Shown: positions 47,830-61,536, counted from the first letter of the stretch. The stretch is 64,000 nt of DNA from Vicugna vicugna (GCA_013265495.1 MU063896.1:620001-684000), one strand, 5' to 3'. The notes: generated by a model from the sequence alone, not told the origin. A program made the numbers and translations.

Positions 47830-48150
47830 AATATTTTATTGGGGTCATTGCTGTTTTACTGTGGCAAAATATGCATGACAGAACATTGACCATTTTAACC
47901 ACTTTCAAGTGTACAGTTTGTTGGCGTTAAACATACGCACAATGCTGTCCAGTGATCACCACTTCCATCTCCAGAGCTTTTTTGTCATTCCCAACCCAAA
48001 AAGCTCTACGTTCGCTGCACAATGACTCCCCCTCCCTCCGCTAGCCCCAGGTCCCCTCTATTCTACTTTCTGTCTCTATGAATTTGTCTAGGCTAGATAG
48101 CTTATGTGAGTGGAATCATGGCATTTTTGTCATTCTGTGTCTGGCTTAGT
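47830..48150 (-). mobile_element. L1MB-type 3' end
   Basis: gtggcaaaatatgcatgacagaacattgaccattttaaccactttcaagtgtacag...ctattctactttctgtctctatgaatttg. Confidence 0.85.
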
Positions 48151-49347
48151 CAAATATTTTTAGTTGTGGCTGTTGTACTTGGGCTCTAGAGACCTGGCTT
48201 TCGTTTCTGTTTTCTCTGGAGTCGAGATAGGAAAGAAGTCAGCAGAATGAACTTAAACCTTACCCTTGAGCCACCGCCAAGCCTGGTTATGCGCTCTGGC
48301 TGGGCGTGCCTCTGAAAACTGCTGTGGTATTGAGGAAAGGAGGAGCCACAGCTCCGGTCTCTCAAAACAAACAAGGAAGGGTCTATTGTTTCGGGGCTTA
48401 GGGGAATCAGGTCTTGGCTGGCATTTCCTGGCCGGGTTTTACAGGCATCCTGAGAAGGCAGTCCCTGTGAAATCTGACGCGAGGGGCTGTCAGGCCCATA
48501 GATAACTGGAGGATCAAGCCCTGGAGGTTTGGGGGAGACGGGAAGAGGCAGCTCTGAGGGTTTGGATGTGTGGGTGGAGTGGTTTTGGGGTTTGTGTGTC
48601 TGGGGAGAACCTGAGGATTCAGGGTGAGGGGCCAGGGTCTCCACTTCTTTCCTCCTCATTCCATGGAGAGCTGATCGCATACCTTACAGTCATCTTATTG
48701 CACTAACAGAGTGGACCCCCTGGTAGAAGTGGCCAGGACTATGTGTGTCGGCTTCAACTCTTTCTATGTGAAGAAACTGTATTTCAGAAATTCCCAGGGA
48801 GCAGGGGATTGGAGCACTGGAGTGAGTCATTATTAATAGTAACAACTAACATTCACGCAGCATTTAAATGGCTTATAAAGCACTCTTCACTGGCATGATC
48901 TCATTTTTTATCCCAGAGAACAGAAGGAGGTAAGGAGAGTTTACAAGTGGCACCAGAAAAGGATGCATCATTTACTGGCATTGATTAATGATGGTCATCT
49001 CAGATCTGCCCATGGGCTTCCGCCCTGTGAGAGCTCCTTGGCTGAAAAGAGGGACTCAACAGGAGGTTCCCCCAGGAACCAGGAAACGAGACCTCAGAAA
49101 AAAAGCATATTTGACTGGGAATTATAGCAAATTTGAAATGGCTCCTATGCTTAACAGAAAATGTTGAGTTAAATAATACCATTTCTTNNNNNNNNNNNNN
49201 NNNNNNNNNNNNNNNNNNNNNNNNNNNNNNNNNNNNNNNNNNNNNNNNNNNNNNNNNNNNNNNNNNNNNNNNNNNNNNNNNNNNNNNNNNNNNNNNNNNN
49301 NNNNNNNNNNNNNNNNNNNNNNNNNNNNNNNNNNNNNNNNNNNNNNN

Positions 49348-49945
49348 AACTCTAATTCAAAAAGACACCTGCACCCCAGTGTTCATAGCAGCACTATATA
49401 CAATAGTCAAGACATGGAAACAACCTAAATGTCCATCGACAGATGACTGGATAAAGAAGTTGCATATTTATATAATGGAATACTACTCAGCCATAAAAAA
49501 GAATAAAACAGTGCCATTTGCAGCAACATGGATGGACCTAGGGATCATCAGTCTAAGTGAAGTAAGTCAGAAAGAGAAAGGAAAATACCATATGATATCA
49601 CTTATATGTGGAACCTAAAAAAAAAAAACTTATTTACAAAACAGAAACAGACTCACAGGCATAGAAAACAAACTGTGGTTACCAGGGGGGAAAGGAGGTG
49701 GGAAGGCATAAACTGGGAGTTCAAGATTTGCAGATACTAAGTACTGTATATAAAATAGATAAACAACAGATTTATACTGTATAGCAGAGGGAACTATGTT
49801 CAATACCTCATAGTAATCTATAATGAAAGAGAATATGAAAAGGAACATATATATGTACATGTATGACTGAAACATTGTGCTGTACACCAGAAATTGACAC
49901 AACACTGTAAACTGACTATACTTTAATTTAAAAAAAAAAAGCTCA
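49348..49945 (+). mobile_element. Cetartiodactyl/camelid-type L1 3' end with poly(A); 5' part hidden in N gap
   Basis: ORF2 C-terminus TLIQKDTCTPVFIAALYTIVKTWKQPKCPSTDDWIKK...; 3'UTR gactcacaggcatagaaaacaaac...ttgcagatactaa...gtacaccagaaattgacacaacactgtaaactgactatac followed by an A-run. Confidence 0.9.
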
Positions 49946-50559
49946 AAAAATTACCATTTTTTGGCAGGACTCCTAGAGCCTCTAATGTGTTAGTGTGTAT
50001 TGTGACTTCCCAAATGGGGGTTAGTGTATCATGTGTTTCACACATATTTTATCATGGAAAAGTGTTTGAAATGAATGTTCCTCAGGATGTAGCTTGGGAA
50101 GTCTGGACTAAAGAGGTGGGTCCCTTGGTCCAGGGAGAGACAAGGATCACCACAAAATGGAACCAAAGAGCTCTGCAGAGAGGTAAAGGCAGCTAAAGAT
50201 CTAAGCAAGATGGTCTGAAGCCCCGAGGAGAGCAGCTGACAAGGGCTTCCTCAGGAAGAGCCCACATCCCCTCAGGTTCACGGAGAGTCCCTCAAACTGG
50301 CCAAACCCTCTCATGCAGGAATGCAAGGACACCTCAAATCATGTCGTCCGATGGAGATCACCCTTAAAGGGAGCCCTCAACACAGGCTGGGAAGCCCCTC
50401 AAGCATGCTTTTTGGATGACATACTCATTTGAATGGGGTTTAACTTTCAGCGTGGATAAGTGTAAAAGTTGTTGGAATTTGCTTTCCCAGCCTCTTAAAT
50501 CAGCATCATAGTTACTATCGCTGCCATTCTGGAGGGCTTTCAGGATGCCGAGTGCTGTC

Positions 50560-50745
50560 CTGAGCATTCTCCATCAGCGTTTTCACCTGACTCTCACAGC
50601 AACCGTTTGGGAGAGGTCTTATTACCATCATCATTTTATAGATGAGGAAACCGTGTCTTAGGAGTGTCAGGTGTCTTCTTGTTGATCACGGCTAGTAGGT
50701 GATAGAGCCTGATGTTAAGCCAAGTGACCTTGGAGGCTCTGTGCT
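50560..50745 (-). mobile_element. MIR SINE
   Basis: ctcacagcaaccgtttgggagaggtcttattaccatcatcattttatagatgaggaaaccgtgtcttagg. Confidence 0.75.
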
Positions 50746-50877
50746 TAATGAACCATGAGGATTTACTGCCTCGTCGCCTACAGACAAGATGGCTAGTTTC
50801 CCCACCTGCCTAATCATGCTCCCTATCTTCCTTTATTTCATATTTCCCAGCCTCCCTTCCAGCCTGTTTGATGACAT

Positions 50878-51215
50878 GTAAGCAGAAGTCGTTGGGTGTT
50901 ACTTCTGGGAAGGCTGTTTAAAAGGCTACCATGCTGAGACGCACCCTGTGGACCTCTTCCTGATTCCTCCTGCCTAAAACTTGGAGGTGATGGCTAGAGT
51001 TTCAGCAACCATCTTGGGCCATGAGGTGTCCTTGAGGATGGACCTCCCCTTGCTAAGGATGACAAAGCAGGAAAGTAGAAGTCCCTGCCGATCCTGGAAC
51101 CAACACATCCGCTGTCGACTCCACACCACCAGAGATAAATTAGCCTTCATTGTATTTAAACCATTGTTATCTGGGCTTTCGGTTCTGTGACTTGAAATCC
51201 TAACAGACATACCAG
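50878..51215 (+). mobile_element. Old MaLR LTR (MLT1-type) 3' part
   Basis: tgtaagcagaagtc...acttctgggaagg...gcaaccatcttgggccatgagg...tgtatttaaaccattgttatctgggctttc...aatcctaacagacatac. Confidence 0.7.
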
Positions 51216-52229
51216 GTCATATTTCAAACTGTGCTTCCTGGTCTGAATTTTTAACTGCCTGCCCATCAATGAATAATTTCCTCCCTGAAGCTCTGTTTCC
51301 CTCCACACCCCATGCCCCAGGGAAGCATGTTCCCTCCCTGTCTGAGTCAAGTCCTAAGTCCCAGTGACCTTTTCCACACCCGCACAGCCTCTCCCTTTCT
51401 AAATCTTGCAGTTAATACCGTACCCACATCTGGCCCTGCATTCTTTTCAGCATCATTCAAAATAGTATTAGGAATGTTTTCTACTAATGACCGTTTGGGG
51501 AGAAGCGTGGTTTAGTGTAAAAAGCATTGACCTGGTAGAAAGATAAGGGGGTGGCTCTGCCCTTTACAAGAAGCAAGGTTGTAAGGGGGGAGAGCTGGGG
51601 GGCGATCGCTTCCTCGACGTGAGCCCAAGACCCCCTGACTCGGCCAGTGATGACTTTTCCATTTTATGGGAAGCAGATGGGATTTTAATGGCCTGTGACT
51701 ATTGTCTATTTCCTTTAAGCAACTTACACTGAGATCTCCATGCCCCTTCCAGGCAATAGGATGCGTAGTCACAAAAAAGAAGGTAATCTTTGCAAATTCC
51801 TATTTAAACCCTTTTCTTTAGAAATCACACTGCTTTATCTCCCCCCCACCCCATAAAAAGAAGAGAGCCTGGCCCTTCTGTTTTCTAAATGAAACAAGGG
51901 ACTTGTGATTGGATAGTGCCACAGTGCCACTTTTTTTGCCCTGAAGAAAATAAACAAACCCCAAAACGGGTCGTTTAGTGATAAAATAAACAATAAGACA
52001 CCCTCGGCAGGGGAAGGCGGGGTAGGGCGGGACAGAGCAGTGGAGCGGACGCCTGGGACGGCTGGCACAGTGCTCCTCCTTGGGATGAGAGTTTTCACTG
52101 TGTACTCATTTATGAAGCTGTACACTTGTTTTATGCTGCTTTCTGTACTGATACTATACTTAACATAAAAGGTTAAAAAAGTGGGAGGAGGGCGGTAATC
52201 GTTGTCCAGCTAGCTACAGGTGGAAGAGT

Positions 52230-52390
52230 GTTGCATAGATTTTCTCTTCTAATCCTGAGCATGACTGCGTGAGACATCCTTTTTTATCGTCATCTTAAGA
52301 GAGGTGGAGTCAGAGGCACCGAGTGGTTGAGTGGCTGAGTAACTTGTAGTTAGGAAGTGCCCAGGTCGGACTCCAGTGCAGGTGGTCTGG
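52230..52390 (-). mobile_element. MIR SINE
   Basis: ttaagagaggtggagtcagaggcaccgagtggttgagtggctgagtaacttg...ggactccagtgcagg. Confidence 0.5.
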
Positions 52391-53404
52391 GTTTCCCTTT
52401 ACACCCACTGGACTAGGGGGTCGGGGTCAAGGGTAAAACCACTGAGGCTATTTCTCTTTAGGTGTCTTGTGTTTCCATTTTGTTGAGATAAGAATAAAAT
52501 GTGGTCTTGCTGGAGGGGGAAGACCTAATTTTGGCAAGCCCTTAAACTCTTGTGCCAACAAGCGGGCCCAAGCCCCTTGTTCCCTTCTCAGTGTGACATA
52601 CTCTGGTAACCACCCATCCTAGTGCACCCAGGTCTGAGAGGTGTCCTCACACACAGGACTTTTGGTGCCTGGGGAAAGTCTCGGGCACGCTGGGAGAATC
52701 GGTCACCATAAATGGTCCCCTGCATCAGAGGGATGCAGGGACAGTCTCCCCAGAACAAAGCTCAGGTGACAACTGGAACGTCATGACACATCATGAGCCA
52801 CAAACCCCCACCAGAGAGCACACCAAGCAACGAGGACGTCTGGCCACTTGGAACCTGGCTAGGCCGGGGGCTGCCTGGGACTGAGTCTACCTCCTAATGC
52901 AGAAAACTAAATTAACCCTAACACCTCGAGAGAAACAAAATCGATGGTAGCATAGGAAGGGTCTGAATAAGAGCAAAATTTACATCTCTTTGTATTGGGC
53001 CATAAATCCCCCTTGGACTTCCCATCAGTTGAGACCGTGTTTAATTCTGTCAGTCACTGAGCCAGCACCGCGGTCTTAGCAGACAAGGATTTGCGCGCGC
53101 TGCTATAATCCCTTGCTGTGGACCAGGGCTCCGGGCATCCACGAATGTCACAGGTGCCCCTGCAGTTGTTACCGTGTTGGACTCGTTGTCAGAGGAGACG
53201 TGATTCAGCAGAAGCCGTTCCACCTGCCACCAGCATCCTTTTCCTCTGGTTGTGTAACGGGAAGGAGGGATAGACGTGGAATTGTAGAGTCGTGGAGGTG
53301 GAAGGGACAAGAGAGGAGATGTGTGACCAGGGGAGGGGGTGGTGGGGCAGCAAGGACATTACAAATGACCACCCTGTGATTCACTTCCGTGCATATTCCT
53401 CACT

Positions 53405-53530
53405 GTATTGCCTTTAATATTCATTCAGCAGTGTTTGTTAAGCACCTGCTGAGCGTTTATTCTAGGCACTGGGGATCAGCAGTGAGCATCATAGATGAAG
53501 TCCTCGTCCTCGTAAAGTTACGTTCTGGTG
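53405..53530 (-). mobile_element. L2 3' tip
   Basis: attcattcagcagtgtttgttaagcacctgctgagcg...ctaggcactggggatcagcagtgagca. Confidence 0.7.
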
Positions 53531-54257
53531 GGGGAGCTAACCACCCGGAGGAGCCTGTATTCTCATGCCTGGGTCCCACAGTCTTGCTGCCTTTGTCTCC
53601 TGTTCAGTATGGATTTTATACATAGAGTATTATCATGTTAGCTTTAAGGATCTGTTGCAAAGTTACCATTTTTTGAAGAATATGCTTGGGAAGAGTGATT
53701 GGTACTGCTGCTCCCCAGTCTACCTGTATTTCTTCCTTGATGAACATCTCTAATCCAGTCCTAGGAACACCAAGGCCGGCCGCATGGGCTGTACACTGCA
53801 TAATGCCACAGGGCACCATGTACTTAGCTTACAGCAGGCCCTCCTTGACCGGCACAACCTTAGGTGATACCCCTGCCCACCACCATCTGCTCAGTGTAGA
53901 AACCTTACCACCCCATCCTGCCAAGGGATGAGACCTTTGAATTCTTCCGTAAAGATGAGTTTATCCTACTTGACTTCTAGTTCTGAAATCTTGACATGTC
54001 TTTGTTCTTTCTAAAATGCAAACTAATCTTATCACTCTGTTCAAACCCCTTTAAGTCAGTGGCTTTCAAACTTCAGTGCAAGGCATCTACGTTATGACCC
54101 AGCACCCATGTGCGTGTGTACACACACACATACAACGAAAGCCCTCCCCTCTTCTCCTTCCCCTGTGCTCTCCTTCCTGGTGAGGAAGGCACGTCAGTTG
54201 ACGGTAGGACTGTGGAGCCAGACTCTGGCTTTCGATCTCAGTTCCTCACTTACTAGC

Positions 54258-54697
54258 TGTGTTAACAAAGCACCACAAATGGGCGGCTTGGAACAACAGA
54301 AATATATTCCATTATAGCTCTGGACGCCAGAAGTCCAAAGTCTGGGTGTTGGCAGGTTAGGCTGCTTCTGAGAGCTGTGAGGGAGAGTATGTTCATGCCC
54401 CCTCCCCTCGCTCTGGGGACAGGCAGAACCCTTGGTGTCCTTGGCTTGGAGGTGCATTGTTCTCGCCCCGCTCCACCTTCACACGGTGATCTCCCCACGT
54501 CTCTGTCTTCACGTGGCTGCCTTCTTACAAGGACCGCGGTCATGCTGGATTAGCGGCCTGTCCTGCTCCAGTGTGACCTCATCTTAACTAAGGACATCTG
54601 CAACTACCCTATCTCCAAATAAGGACACAGTCTGAGGTAGTGAGGGTTAGCACACCGGCGTATCTGTTTTGAGGGGGTCACAGATCATCCCGTAACA
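54258..54697 (-). mobile_element. MLT1B/C-type MaLR LTR nested in a MIR (MIR halves ~54190-54257 and 54698-54840)
   Basis: aacaaagcaccacaaatgggcggcttggaacaacagaaat...gtgtgacctcatcttaactaa...ccaaataagg...cccgtaaca; MIR cacttactagctgtg | gacctgaggcaagtacttcagtttcctcacctgcagaatggagataacag. Confidence 0.85.
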
Positions 54698-55119
54698 GAC
54701 CTGAGGCAAGTACTTCAGTTTCCTCACCTGCAGAATGGAGATAACAGTGGTACCAAGATCTGAGGATCAGTGGGTTCACAGTGAATGCATAATACTCTCA
54801 GAACAGTGCTGTGACTGACTGTAGTAATTGCTGCGTAAGAATTCACCATTATTATTTTATTTTTATGTGCTGGTTATGAACCACTGTATTGATTTCACAC
54901 CTACATTTTAAAGCTCATTGCTGTAAATGTACCTGATCCATTGCTGTTGGAATAGAATTTCAACTTCCCCACATGGTTCCCGTGGTCTACCTGATGGAGC
55001 CCCGTGTTAACCACCCCGCCTGCTCTACGCCAGTCTTCCTTCCCATGGTGAACTTCTTTCAGTTATCTGAATATGTCATAATCACTCTGGCTCCCAGGGC
55101 TTTCATGCAAGCTCTCATT

Positions 55120-55400
55120 CTACTCCTACCCCTAATTATCTGGAAAAATCCTACTTTAACTCTCCAAGAATAACTCCTCCAAGAAGTCTTCCCTGACCAC
55201 CAATTACGGATTCTCATAAAGTTCTTCCTGCATAGCACCTACACACTATATTATTAATGTCAGTTTACTTGTCTGTAGCCTCCCCTACCAGCTCCGCAGG
55301 AATATGGCATCTGTCTTAAAAACTACTGTGTGCACACCACCAGCGACAGTGCCCAGAAAATACTCCTGGTTGCCTAACGTTTGTCTTTACTAATTGATCT
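55120..55400 (+). mobile_element. L2 fragment
   Basis: cctccaagaagtcttccctgacc...tttacttgtctgtagcctcccctaccagctccgcagg...cacaccaccagcgacagtgcccag. Confidence 0.55.
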
Positions 55401-55994
55401 TGTTCTGGTATCAATGACTCGGGAAGACTAAGGGACCTCTTAGGGTGAGTGATGGCTGGTCTGTTTCAATCACAGAAACCCATTCGTCTCACCAGGAACT
55501 GATTTAGGGATGGGCCGAGTGACCCACTTGTGGTCCCTGAGCCCTGAGGGGTGGTCTGCTAGGGCAACTTCTGGGAAATAGTTCCAGGAGAATCCTAAAA
55601 GTGTCATGTGAGAGGAAAGAGCCCATGCCTGCCCCCAGGTGAGCAGACGGGCAGCCGTCCTGCAGCCACGGTGAGAGGCCCCAGGACAGATGCTCGCGTG
55701 CTGAGGACGGCAGAGCCAAAATGTGGAAGGAATCAAGTCCCTGATAATTTTGCTGACTCTGCAGTAACCCTCCCTAGAACTGCCCTGCCTCTGGACTTCT
55801 TGTAATGAGGTAATACCTTTTCCTTACTCTTTACCACCATTTAGGTGAGGTTTTCCATCACTTACAGCTGAAAGCAACCTGATACAGGTACTCAGTAAAT
55901 ATTCTTGAATGAGTAAGTGTTTATACGCTAAACACATTAAAGGGGGAGAAGAGAGGAGAGAACTAGAAAGTTCCCCAGCTACCAAGAGCCACGT

Positions 55995-56150
55995 AGGAGA
56001 GGACTCTTATGCAAACTGTGTTATTTAATCTTTGCGGCAAATTTGTAACCGTGGTAGTTTTATGCATATTAGAGATGAGGAAACTAAAGCTCAGAGAAAT
56101 TGTAACTACTGTCCAAGGTCACAGAGTTGGTAAGAGCTGGAGCTGGGAAA
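55995..56150 (-). mobile_element. MIR SINE
   Basis: atattagagatgaggaaactaaagctcagagaaattgtaactactgtccaaggtcacagag. Confidence 0.75.
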
Positions 56151-59100
56151 CATTTAATTACTGTTTTATGAGGACTCAGTTCAGCATGTGAGCTGAGAGT
56201 TCTCATTGATAGCACAGGGTGTTTTGTTTTTTTGTTTTTTTAAATTTCCTCTTTTCCCCTTCTTCTTTCATTTCCATTTACATCTGAATTTTTGCCTGCT
56301 AGTTTAGAGATTAAGCAATCCAATTTTGATCTCATCTGGGTCACTTCTGACTTTTGACCCATACTCAGGTTTATTTACCCCAATTAACTTCTCCATCCCA
56401 TTACTACCTCTGTGTCCCCCTCCAGAGTAGTGTGTATCACCCCTCCTCGGAAAGGGAGTGCCCAAGGGACCCTACCCAAGGGCAAATCCATGCCACTTGG
56501 TCTCCTCAACTCCTCTCCTACCTCCCATCGAGTTGATACTGGACTTTCTGCAGGGTTGCCAGCAGCCCACGCTAGTCTGCCAGCTTGGCAGGAAGCCTGG
56601 CTATGGGAAATGAACCCCATATATATCTAATTCCAAAACACACTATTTTCACTATTCCACAAGGCTGCATAGACACAGATAGCCTACAAGTATATTCTAC
56701 TAGTAATCTTAGAAAAAACAAAACTCATTTGTTCAGCTTTCTGCAGCCCTTTTGTCCCGAGGTGGGAAGAAGTGAAGGAACAGAGAATGCAGTCTTTCCC
56801 TCCACCCACCAGAATGTCTGCCTCTCGCAGCCAACATTTCACAGATGAATGTCATAGAAAATGCCTTAGCTGCATCCAGGGAATGTCAAGTGCTTTCCTC
56901 AAGTTTCTGAGGGAAAAGCAAACAAACAAACAAAAACTGTCCTTTCTGCAGCAAAGCCCCAGGAATTGGCTGTCAGGAGGGCCTTGTGAGCTGACAGTCA
57001 TGTGCCCTCTAGTGGTCATCTGGAGGAAGTCCCAGCCAGATGGTCTTTTCTGCAGGAAATCAGCAGGGAGTGGTGGGAGAGAAAAAGAGAATGCGTCAGA
57101 ACACTTTAATGATCAACTTTAATGGTGGAAAGCTGCTTGCCTTGGAGTTTTATTTAAAATGCCGAGTACGGGTTATGGGCGTTAAAACAGACGTCTAAGC
57201 CGTCCACAAATCTGGCAGGTTTCACTGACGTTGCCCTGGCATTGGCCTCCCAGCACTGAGCCCCTAAGGCTTGGATGTGTTCCTGAAACAAGGGTGCAGA
57301 GCTGGAGGAAATCTACTTGCCAGAATTCCTCCTGGGAAGGGAAGGCTGTTTTGGGTGGGAAAACATTTGATAAGCTGACTCTTGCGTGGAGAGAATCATT
57401 CTGGCTAGACTCGGGCGGTGGTGGTGGGATCTGTTCGGTTCTGTTTATTGCAGATGAAGAAGCGAAAGATGGAAAGGATGAATGAAAAAGTGGAAGAGCC
57501 TGGTGAGGGAAGGCTGCCTGCTGCTCCATGTGTGAGCTGTCGCAGTGCCAGCCCCACCACGACCCCACCCAGCCTTCAGATTAGTCTCTACGGCCCACTA
57601 ATGAGTCAGGGGGTCCTTTGGGGCATCTCAGAAGGGGAGCTGAGTGCTGCAGTGGAGTCAGCGCACAAGTGAAAATAGCACATGGGCACAGGAGGGGTGT
57701 GGCCTTGAGAAGCAGGGGAGTGAGCCCCATGAGCTCACAGTACGGTGGGAAGGAACTGGACTGTAATTATCTGAGTTTAAGCAGCTTTCTGTGGGGGAGA
57801 AAAACCCTAGCTGGTAAAGTTGTGCAGTAGCCTAAACTTGGTTAAAGTAGATGTTCAGGCTTGGGTTTTCAGAGACAGCTACCCAACTTAACAACAACTC
57901 CGGCCTGAATGCCAAAATTTGCATTATATTAACAACAAGATACCTTGATGGTTGTCCATTCCAATTCAGAAAGGAAGCATGTGAATTAGGGTTCAGAAAC
58001 AGGGCCTGTGATCATAGAACAATGTAATAAGCTGCTGGAATGCCTTCAGATTTAGTTATTTAAACTTCCCCAAACTGGGGGGAGAGATGTCAGGGAAGAT
58101 AGACCTGGGTGAGCACCCCAGGTCCAGAGACTTGTCTGTTAGAATATGACAAATGAGCAGCAGATCTAGGACTCAAACCCAAGTCTTTCACTGCAAACCC
58201 CGCATTCCTTTCCTATCCTACATTGCTCGTCCTGTACAGAAAGCCCATTTTTATTGTTGTGTTGATGTTTTATGGTGAAGTAGCTTCAACTGAGAAAAGC
58301 TCACCAGTCAAATCCTTCTCTCTGACCTAATCTACTGCCTTTCTATTGGTACTAGAAAAATCAGAGTTATAACAGCCCTAAAAGCTGCCAACACACCTGA
58401 AAAATATTTAGCTCTTCGTCTAAGGATGGGACCCAACTGACCAAATAAAACCAAAATATAGCAACTATAACTGCCTTTGCCCATATCGTTCATGTGTGCC
58501 TGGAAACAAAGTTTATTCCTTTCCATCAAGAATTCTTTCCTTCCAAATAATCCAGGTATGTGGCTTCTTAACATGCATCGTCTTACATACAGACACGTTG
58601 AGAACAGAATGAGATCGTACTTCTCTTTGCCTTCTGAGGGCCTAGCACCTTTTGACACCTTTTGATAAATGGAAAGTGGGCAAGTGCTCCGATGTGGGCA
58701 GGCAGAGGAATTCTAAAGCTTTTCCAATTTTACAGCGAGAGAGGACAAGAAAAAAGTGCTAGTCGTGCAGGGGCACACACTCACCTCATCACTAGCCAAG
58801 TCACAGTTTCCCCGGAAGCCTCACATTTATTGCTGATGATTCATTCAGCTGCCTCCAAGCGCTATTTCTGTCCTCCGGACTGACTTGGACAGGCACGATA
58901 CAGTGAAGACAATTTGGAGTCATTTACTTTGTTTCTCCAATAAAAGAAAGACGTGGATTTACACAGCCTCTCTTCTTCAAAGAGCTCAGCATGCTTGCCC
59001 ATCTGGTGTCTCATTTGTTTTGTTTGAAGACTTTCCTGTGAAGTCAATAAAGTCAGTCAAGTGTTCAGACCAGGGCAGGTGAGAGAATATGTAGTCTTAT

Positions 59101-59604
59101 GTCCTTATTCACCACAGGGGGGAGCCCTTGAGCCCTCCAGTCACACATTCAGGCAATGGACACCTATTGCTCACCTGAGGGGCCAGCACTTCTCTGCAGG
59201 CACAAGGGCATTTCTGCCCACAAGCAAGCCCAGCCTGCCAAGTCTAACAATGGAGTGAGACACATGAACACAGAATTACAGTGTAGAATTGCCGGGTAGT
59301 GTGATAAGGGCAGTGCTGCGGGCCTGGGTCAGGTGTGAGTATGGAGAGTCTGGGGTGGGCATAAGAGGGAAGAAGTTACTGAAGAGTTTAGAAAGTAAAG
59401 CTTCAACATAAGTTGTAGTAAGTGAAATAACTGGAAAGATGGTATTAAATTCTTTCTAATTAGTTGAGTTAATTAAATCAGACACTTCACTCACCAAAAT
59501 GACTGCCTTACCCATTTTCTCTGCTTGACTGGCAAATTTGTCTAAAAGGACTAAACTGTGCTGTGTTTAATAATCACAGAGTAAATAGAAAAAATATTCC
59601 CTCT

Positions 59605-60318
59605 GCAAAAAACGTAAAGCTTCAAATAGCAAGTGTTAATGAGGATGTGGAGAAGTTGGAATGCTTGTGCATTGCTGGTTCGAATATAAAATGGTTCAGC
59701 TGTCGGGGAACACAGTTTGGCGGTTCCTCAAGAAGTTAGACATAGAATTACCATATGACCCAGTAAATCCACTCTGAGATCTATAACCAAAAGAACTGGA
59801 AATCAGTACTCAAACAAATCCTTGCGTGTGCACGTTCATAGCAGCGGTATCCACATAGCAGCAGTATCCACAATCGTGCAAACAGCCCAGGTGTCCCTCG
59901 ACAGATGAAAAGATGAACAAATTACAGGACATCCATATGGTGAAATATTATTTAGCCACAAAAAGGACTGAAGTGCTGATACACACAACAACCTAGGTGG
60001 GCCTGGAAAACATTATGCTAAGTGAAAGAAGCCAGACACAAAAGGTCACATGCTGTGTGATTCCATTCACAGGAAATATCCAGGATGTGCAAATCCATAG
60101 AGACTGAATGCAGACTGGAGGTTGCCAGGGGCTGGGAGAGTGCTGAATGAGAGTGTTAACGAGTGGAAGTTTTATTTTGGAATGCCGGCAGTGTTTTGGA
60201 ACTAGATAGGGATGGTGGTTGCATGACATTGTAAATGTACTCGATGCCGTGAAATTGTTCACTCTGTAATGATTTGTTTTGTGTGATGTGAACTTCACCT
60301 TAATCATTTGTTTTTAAA
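59605..60318 (+). mobile_element. L1MB-type 3' end (ORF2 tail plus 3'UTR)
   Basis: gaggatgtggagaagttggaatgc...ttcctcaagaagttagacatagaattaccatatgacccag...ggaaaacattatgctaagtgaaagaagccagacacaaaagg...gaacttcaccttaat. Confidence 0.9.
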
Positions 60319-60867
60319 GTAAATCTTGAGCCAAGAAGTGACTGGGCACAGGAGGACAGCCGGATCTTGACAGATGGCTGGGAGGAGGGCATCTGAGTCA
60401 GAGCCTCATGTGTAAGAGATAAGCAGGACAGAACAGAGGACACGCACAGTGTGTCTGGGCGGCTGACACGGTCCCCTGTGCTGGGTGGGGGCCCACGGGG
60501 GAGGTAGGCTTGGAGAGGGATCTACCCAGGAGTAGAGAATTAGACGGCAAATAGTTTACAGACGTATTTTCATTCAGTTTCTGTCCTGTCACAGGCCTTT
60601 CCCAATGCTTAGACAAAAGACTGAGGGAGGGCTGGAGATGGCCCAACTCGGGGAGAGGGGAAGGGGGCGCCCCAGCACTACACAGAGCAGACCAGGCCTC
60701 ACCTGAGGCCCAGACAAGATTCTTCTCAGAAACTACCCACTCTAGGTCTGTCTCAAGCCGCCGCTGGAACATGTGAGTGATTGAGGCCCCAGAGTCGGAA
60801 CCCACAGGGCAGGGCTGCAGCCATCTTTGCTGGGGAACCTTCTCGGACCTTTAAGTCACAATCCAAA

Positions 60868-61150
60868 GCAGAGGTCCTTAACCTTTACTGTGCCTCTTCA
60901 TTAACAGAAATTGTGCAATAACCTAATCCAGTGACGGTCCTAATACTTATGCTGTAGCGATAAGGATAAATGACATTCTGAGCTATCCACAGTGTCTATA
61001 ACGTGATACAAAAACGTTCATGATTTCTCCTGCTGCAGAATCACAGGAGTTGCAAACATTGTGGTGGTTTTTGCCTCTATTCATGGCTAGAGGAAAGGCT
61101 GAATTTCATTAGAGGCTAACAAAAATGAAGATGCATTTCTCAGACCCCAG
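60868..61150. mobile_element. hAT-Charlie-type fragment
   Basis: cagaggtccttaacc start and gctgaatttcattagaggctaacaaaaatgaagatg...cagacccc resemble a Charlie-family MITE. Confidence 0.4.
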
Positions 61151-61536
61151 CTTAAAAACACCTGTGTTACAACCTGGAAGGGAGGTTATGGGGCAGCAGC
61201 TCCTCCCTCACACTATCACTGGTGTGTAAGAAAAAGAACTGAAGTATTGTGCATGGCTGGCTTGGCCTGGGCCTGTTCCCATCCAGGCTGGACGGCAGGC
61301 AAGGGAGAGGTGATGAGTTGAAGGAGGGAGGGCACTGGGGAGGGGGAGATCTCAAAGGGCATGGTCAGCGGGAGGGACACATCTAGGTACTTGGGCTTCC
61401 TGCCTGCTTGGGTGGCTGGGAGTGTAGTGGTATCTGCATTTTTCTCCTGTAGAACTGGTCAAGAAAGTTCTGCTCAGGGAGGTTTGTGTACCACCAACTG
61501 AGCAGGGTTTAGTAATGACATCTTTGCTCAAGCAAC

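Noticed and set aside
59105-59125. CTCF-like ccacaggggggagc
   Set aside because: Mismatches at the key CAG core positions.
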